From the NCBI GenBank assembly GCA_018650165.1, contig JABIGM010000050.1, forward strand, positions 1 through 64,000: DNA of 64,000 bases, in the 5' to 3' direction. Origin of the DNA: Methanobacteriota archaeon. Its GTDB lineage: Archaea > Thermoplasmatota > Poseidoniia > Poseidoniales > Poseidoniaceae. Positions 58,857 to 64,000 of the stretch are shown here, one piece after another (the first letter of the stretch is position 1; each line of letters starts with the position of its first letter). The translations under genes and the position numbers were made by a program. Below the pieces are notes generated by a model. The model saw only the letters and a list, made by a program, of their open reading frames with translations, had not been told where the DNA came from and searched no databases.

Positions 58857-60230
58857 TTATTTTCTTGATGAAACTACCGTGTAATCTTCTGACCCGGCCT
58901 TTGGATTATCCCAATCATCATCTCCCGGCAATACTAATCCATCTCCAATTGCTACCAAATCAAATGCTAGTTTAATTTGGTCGCTACAAAGTTTACTCCA
59001 ATCGAAGGATGGGTCTCTCCATTTCATCCACAATCGCATTCTTCTCCACGCGATTGTTCCTCTAGAATAGAGTTTCATCTGTAATTTACCAGCCATAGGC
59101 ATCCACCATAGCATCAACGGGAATACCGCATAAGCGGGAAGTGAAAACAGAAATTCGAGAGTTACACTATATTCTGCAAACTGGGCAATAGGACTTGTAT
59201 CTGAAAGTAAAGCCCAGGTGAATACACCTGCTGCAAGCATCCACCAGATTGGATAAACTACAAATGCAGTATAGAGTTTCAAAGCACCTCGGCTAGATTC
59301 TTTGAATCTTGGCCCAAATATTCTATCACCTGAAAATACCATTAGGTAGGGTGGAATTGAACCAATTATTGCACTCAAGGTAACAAACCCAACCATAAAT
59401 GACCATGCAAATAGCCACCACCAAATCGATATCAGAAATCCTTTACTCGTTACAGATTTTGGTCGAGAATCAACATGTCTCGGTTTGAGATTATAGGAAT
59501 CAAGTAGTTCGACGTGCTCTCTAGTGCGCTGTTCTAACGCCTTACTTTTTGCAGCATCGTTTAGTGCCAGCCATTCCCAGGCTGCTCTGACTCTTCTTGC
59601 ACCAAGTATGTCTTCTCCATAACTAGAGCGCTGTTTTAGATCGGGGGTTTTACGCAAGCGTTCAGCGCGAATAATTGAGCGAGCATTCCAAATTAATTCC
59701 CTATCATTCCAGTTCTCTCTTGAAAGTGATGCACGCGATATCTCACCTGAAATTATTTCGCTCAATCCTTCTACTGAGCCACTAATTTCTATAGGCCTTT
59801 CAACTGTCAGAGCGACCCGTTCACGGAAGTAAGACTTGCGGCTATAATGAATCCCGACTGGAATTACTACAGGCTTTTCATCACCAGCTAATTCATTGGC
59901 GCGTAATGCAATTTTCGCTGCACAATCTCGAATCGCTTTTGCACGGGGAAGGTCGTGAGATTCGCCCTCTGGAAATACAACTACACTTGACCCTGCAGCG
60001 ATTTGTGATGCGATTACTTCTAATTCCTCGTCATCATCTACCACTCCGTCGAATTTGACCTGGTCACCTCTTAGTAGCCCCTTGGTCAACATTTTATCAA
60101 ACAAGCCACCTGGGTGCCAAGATACGATAATTGAGCCTCTGTCTTTTGAAATGTTATCTGCATCTATTATGCTTATTTCACGAAACCACGTGGCCATCAA
60201 AACTCGACTAAACCAGTTTTGCAGCCCCAT
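58857..60230 (-). CDS. PlsC-like lysophospholipid/glycerol acyltransferase with C-terminal TM hairpin
   Basis: SWHPGGLFD (H-x5-D), VFPEGESH, VIPVGIHY. Likely start MGLQ at 60230 (track ORF from 60332). Confidence 0.75.
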   Translation of the reverse strand: MGLQNWFSRVLMATWFREISIIDADNISKDRGSIIVSWHPGGLFDKMLTKGLLRGDQVKFDGVVDDDEELEVIASQIAAGSSVVVFPEGESHDLPRAKAIRDCAAKIALRANELAGDEKPVVIPVGIHYSRKSYFRERVALTVERPIEISGSVEGLSEIISGEISRASLSRENWNDRELIWNARSIIRAERLRKTPDLKQRSSYGEDILGARRVRAAWEWLALNDAAKSKALEQRTREHVELLDSYNLKPRHVDSRPKSVTSKGFLISIWWWLFAWSFMVGFVTLSAIIGSIPPYLMVFSGDRIFGPRFKESSRGALKLYTAFVVYPIWWMLAAGVFTWALLSDTSPIAQFAEYSVTLEFLFSLPAYAVFPLMLWWMPMAGKLQMKLYSRGTIAWRRMRLWMKWRDPSFDWSKLCSDQIKLAFDLVAIGDGLVLPGDDDWDNPKAGSEDYTVVSSRK

Positions 60231-60368
60231 GATTGGTCCTGTGCGGCTGAGGCTTTCACTTCTCGCCCGTTTTAGCAATAAATAAGAGGGTTCAAACAGT
60301 ATTGCCGGTTCGAGCGAATCAGAGTACAACAACCTGTACTACAGATTCCTCCTAATGGCGGTGAAGTT

Positions 60369-62303
60369 ATGAACAACTACAAGCAAATTTTCAGTTTATT
60401 CGGAATTGCAATTCTTTTGGCGCCCTTGGCTGTTGCGACTGTTCCAGTTTCAACATCAACTAATGGTGATGAAGAGCCATTAGGATGGTGGACTGAGACA
60501 ACTGTTGACCGAAATAAAAACAAGGTTGGAGACATGGTTGAGCTTCATATCGACAATCCTATTTTCTTAGATGAAGAAAATACATTACCTTTGATTATCG
60601 ACTTTCACTATACACCTGGCCAAGATGAAATAGACATGCTAAGGGTTAGTGTAGATTATCAACATCAATTCATTCTCCACGGAATCGATGCACTAGCAGG
60701 AAGAGTCCCAGTAACTGAATTGCTTACACTGAGAGACCTTCCGGGAGTTGTAATGGTCGAATTAGATGGTGTCCTCACTATTGCAAATGCAGATGCTCGT
60801 GCTGGTCATGGCGTTGATATGGCATTCGAAGAAACCGGATATGATGGCTCGGGAACAACTGTTGCTATTATTGACACAGGCCTAGATGGCAATCATACCA
60901 GTATTGATGATCAAGACGATGACCCGGTGACTGATGACCCTAAAATTCTGGCATTCTATGATGCAGTTGCTAATGCTGGTAATACCAATGGCACTGATTT
61001 CCCATACGATGACCATGGACACGGTTCACACTGTGGAGGAACAACTGCAGGAACTGGAGCTCCTACCTACGAGCATGTAGGGATGGCACCTCAAGCCCAT
61101 CTAGTTGGCGTCAAAGTTCTCGATGGAGGTGGCTCAGGGTCTTTCGCTGGAGTTATGGCGGGGATGCAATGGACTATCGATACAATGCACCAATACAATA
61201 CAAGAGCCGCTTCTATGAGCCTAGGTGGCCCAGGTGGAATCGAATGGACTTCATCAGAAGAAGACAGTGTTAATCGCCAAGCCAATGAAATGGTACGCGC
61301 CGGTATTGCGCTATTTATTGCAGCCGGTAATACTGCATTTAGTGCCCAAATCGGAACTCCTGGTTCGGCTGAAGATGTAATCACCGTTGGTGCTTTAGAC
61401 AAGAATACTGCTATTGCAATTTATTCGAGCCAAGGCCCAACTGAAGAAGGGCGTGTCAAACCTAACATCGCATACATGGGTAGTGACATTATGTCTGTTG
61501 CAGCAAATACTGGCGACCAATACACCGGTATGAGCGGTACAAGTATGGCTACACCGGGAGCCGCTGGTGTTGGAGCATTGATGTTACAGGCGAACCCCGA
61601 TTTATCTCCATTCGATATTAGAAATATTATGCAAGAAACCGCTACATATCGACAATGTCATTACATGGGTGCAAATGAGCCTTGTCCTGAAGATTTGATC
61701 CCTAAAAATCGGCAAAACAATGTTTATGGCCACGGCCACGTCAATGCTCTTGAATCGGTAATAGAGGCTGCTGAATATCAGCAGCAATGGAACTTTGATC
61801 GCAATATTACCCTGAATGTAAGTAATTCATTGAATTCAAATGGCCATGTATACTTAGGCCCTGGAGATTCGATTGAGATAAGATTGAACCAAGGTGTAGA
61901 CACCGTCCAATGGATGAGCAATGATTTGAGAGATTCATGGTCTAACATTCATTCATACGACCACGGCAGCACGGTTATTCTCGAATATGATGAAATTGTT
62001 CACGAACTCGAACATCTCCCCGGAATTATGCTAGAAGGCAATCACACACTATCGATGAGAGGACTAGAGGGGACTAGTTCAAGTCCTTTGATTTCTATCG
62101 ACATTATGTTAGGTGAAAATATCCCAGTAGAAGATCCCGCAGAAGGTTCAACGAATTTCGTGCTATATGGTTCTGTAATTGCGGCCATATTACTTACAAT
62201 AATCATTCTTGCGGCGACATTAACCAATAGGAATGAATCTGAATTCAACACTAGTGACGACTCTGATATCCAAGAAGTGGTGGATGCTGAAATAATCTCC
62301 TAG
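60369..62303 (+). CDS. S8 (subtilisin-like) serine peptidase, secreted, C-terminally membrane-anchored
   Basis: Catalytic triad motifs VAIIDTG, HGHGSHCGG, GTSMATP; oxyanion AAGN; signal peptide, prodomain, C-terminal TM. Confidence 0.95.
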   Translation: MNNYKQIFSLFGIAILLAPLAVATVPVSTSTNGDEEPLGWWTETTVDRNKNKVGDMVELHIDNPIFLDEENTLPLIIDFHYTPGQDEIDMLRVSVDYQHQFILHGIDALAGRVPVTELLTLRDLPGVVMVELDGVLTIANADARAGHGVDMAFEETGYDGSGTTVAIIDTGLDGNHTSIDDQDDDPVTDDPKILAFYDAVANAGNTNGTDFPYDDHGHGSHCGGTTAGTGAPTYEHVGMAPQAHLVGVKVLDGGGSGSFAGVMAGMQWTIDTMHQYNTRAASMSLGGPGGIEWTSSEEDSVNRQANEMVRAGIALFIAAGNTAFSAQIGTPGSAEDVITVGALDKNTAIAIYSSQGPTEEGRVKPNIAYMGSDIMSVAANTGDQYTGMSGTSMATPGAAGVGALMLQANPDLSPFDIRNIMQETATYRQCHYMGANEPCPEDLIPKNRQNNVYGHGHVNALESVIEAAEYQQQWNFDRNITLNVSNSLNSNGHVYLGPGDSIEIRLNQGVDTVQWMSNDLRDSWSNIHSYDHGSTVILEYDEIVHELEHLPGIMLEGNHTLSMRGLEGTSSSPLISIDIMLGENIPVEDPAEGSTNFVLYGSVIAAILLTIIILAATLTNRNESEFNTSDDSDIQEVVDAEIIS

Positions 62304-62372
62304 AATCGTAATTTCTCCATGTTTACCGGCTCAACATTGAAAAGCCGTTATGCAAAATCATAGATGAGAAAT

Positions 62373-64000
62373 ATGTCTAATCTACCATCTCGGCCTCAAA
62401 GGCCGACAGGAAAACAGAATCTTTCTGCACGAATTGGAAACCTTTCTGCAAATGCAATCCTTGCACCTCCGGTGACTATGGGGACTGTTGGACAAGCACC
62501 AGTAAATGCGGTAAACTCTGGAATGCAAAAATTTGCTCAATTGATTCTATTTGCAATTGCAATGATTGCGATATGGGCAGGACTTCTCTCCATTGCCTTT
62601 GGTGGCGATGAACAAACCCAAATGAATTTCCTAGTCCTTGGAATTGGAGGAATTTTATCAGGTGTTTTGGCGATTAGCCTAGTCGAGTTTCAAGTTAGGA
62701 AGGGGGGAAATGAATTACAAAATGTCCACGATTATATGCTTGGAGTAGCATTTTTCTTCTTAGCAGTGGGCACTCTATGGGGCACTAGATGGCTTATTGG
62801 GTTCTTAGCGGGGCAAGAGGTACATTGGCTTATTCCCGAGGGAACAGACCCCTTGGATAGTGGCTGGATTCCATCTGCAAATGCAATATATTTGCAAATG
62901 GCTGCGACTTTAGCACTTGCTTTGGCACAGACATTCTACCTCATGCGACTGAAAGGAGTAACTACCTTTGGATGGTCAGTAACAACATTTACTCCTCTTG
63001 TAGTAGCCCTTATTGGTTCAAGCATCTGGATGGAGTGGTCAGATAACATAGTATCATGGGAGTTAGGTATCGCAATGATTTCATTAGCCTCGCTTTCGAT
63101 GTGGCTATCTCTACGTGCAAATAGTGGAATAATATTCTCGGTAGTAGCTGTAACCTCAGGCCTATTACCGATGCTCTACGAATATAATAACGAAGATGTA
63201 GGGTCGGGCGGAGCTCTCTCGCTTTTGGTATTCATCATTGCAGTACAGGGAATTCTAGCAGCAGATAGAAGGCTCCGGCAAGATTTGATGCAATGGACTT
63301 CAGCTTTATTAGTTGGAGAAGTTGTACTAGCAATGATACTTGCACGAGATGCAGATTTCGAATTGATTCTTGGACCAATTCGTCAATCGGAACTTGGATC
63401 TCTTGAACCATATCTCACATTACAAGTTGGTTTATGGATGACAGTACTAGTTGCATATTTCCCTGCAACTCTCAAGCGGAGAATTCCTTACATGCCAATA
63501 GGCCTAGCAGGCTCTCTATTCATAATCAGTTCATCCGCAGGCTTAATCCCATGGATTGTAACTTTGGTAATGCTACCGTACCTATTGGTGATATCCAAGG
63601 TCACAAGACAGTGGGTGGCCAATTGTACAATGATCGCTACTGGATTCTCCTTCTTCATACAATCACACTGGATGGGAGGATTTGAGCCAGGTTGGTTGGA
63701 AGCAACAATTCTGATTGTAGTCTTGGCTAGTGGGGAAGTTGGAAGACAAAAAGGCCACCTCTCCGACTGGGCACACTTCGTCACTTTGGGACTTTTAGTA
63801 ATTTCAAAATCCGTTCTATTTGGAGACGACCCGTATGTACCTTGGGCGATATTCATCTACGCTGTTGTTTCATCATACATGATGATGGTCAAATCCGAAG
63901 CAAATGGAAGCAAGCAAGATGCTTTCGAAGCTTCATCCGCTACTGCTGGCTCGATGGTCATTGCTGTAATCCTCTCTTTATTCGATAGACTGGAAGTCCC
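62373..64000 (+). CDS. Large polytopic membrane protein, 3' end truncated by the window edge
   Basis: Manual translation MSNLPSRPQRPTGKQNLSARIG...QKFAQLILFAIAMIAIWAGLLSIAF, then continuous hydrophobic helices. I translated the 5' part; the absence of a terminated ORF in this frame in the track is consistent with run-off. Alternative ATG at 62364. Confidence 0.8.
   Translation, partial: MSNLPSRPQRPTGKQNLSARIGNLSANAILAPPVTMGTVGQAPVNAVNSGMQKFAQLILFAIAMIAIWAGLLSIAFGGDEQTQMNFLVLGIGGILSGVLAISLVEFQVRKGGNELQNVHDYMLGVAFFFLAVGTLWGTRWLIGFLAGQEVHWLIPEGTDPLDSGWIPSANAIYLQMAATLALALAQTFYLMRLKGVTTFGWSVTTFTPLVVALIGSSIWMEWSDNIVSWELGIAMISLASLSMWLSLRANSGIIFSVVAVTSGLLPMLYEYNNEDVGSGGALSLLVFIIAVQGILAADRRLRQDLMQWTSALLVGEVVLAMILARDADFELILGPIRQSELGSLEPYLTLQVGLWMTVLVAYFPATLKRRIPYMPIGLAGSLFIISSSAGLIPWIVTLVMLPYLLVISKVTRQWVANCTMIATGFSFFIQSHWMGGFEPGWLEATILIVVLASGEVGRQKGHLSDWAHFVTLGLLVISKSVLFGDDPYVPWAIFIYAVVSSYMMMVKSEANGSKQDAFEASSATAGSMVIAVILSLFDRLEV

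Overview
Archaeal chromosomal window with dense, mostly housekeeping gene content. It is most consistent with Marine Group II Euryarchaeota (Ca. Poseidoniales, Thermoplasmatota). That assignment is inferred from gene content: class II HMG-CoA reductase, A-type ATP synthase operon atpHIKECFABD, smc-scpA-scpB, PurP, alternative shikimate entry AroA'/AroB', Rpo6, heme O/A synthases, membrane-anchored secreted proteins and a subtilase. One tRNA-Ser(GCT) is present. No CRISPR array, rRNA, transposase or integrase was seen. Two ORFs run off the window ends and are absent from the ORF track (1-948 minus, 62373-64000 plus). Most notable observations: (1) an hcrCAB-like molybdoenzyme operon whose FAD subunit carries the 4Fe-4S insertion typical of anaerobic 4-hydroxybenzoyl-CoA reductase, in a genome with aerobic heme-A genes; (2) a triad of one intact and two degenerate KaiC/RecA-fold proteins behind a pilin-like lamin-tail protein; (3) a candidate ~80-nt structured ncRNA divergent from smc; (4) a site-2-protease homologue that has lost all zinc ligands; (5) an AAA+/winged-helix protein beside helically phased repeats in the promoter shared with HMG-CoA reductase; (6) a membrane-anchored coiled-coil protein with a duplicated YfaP-like domain; (7) a PlsC-like acyltransferase. 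All family calls come from motif recognition by eye, with no database search.
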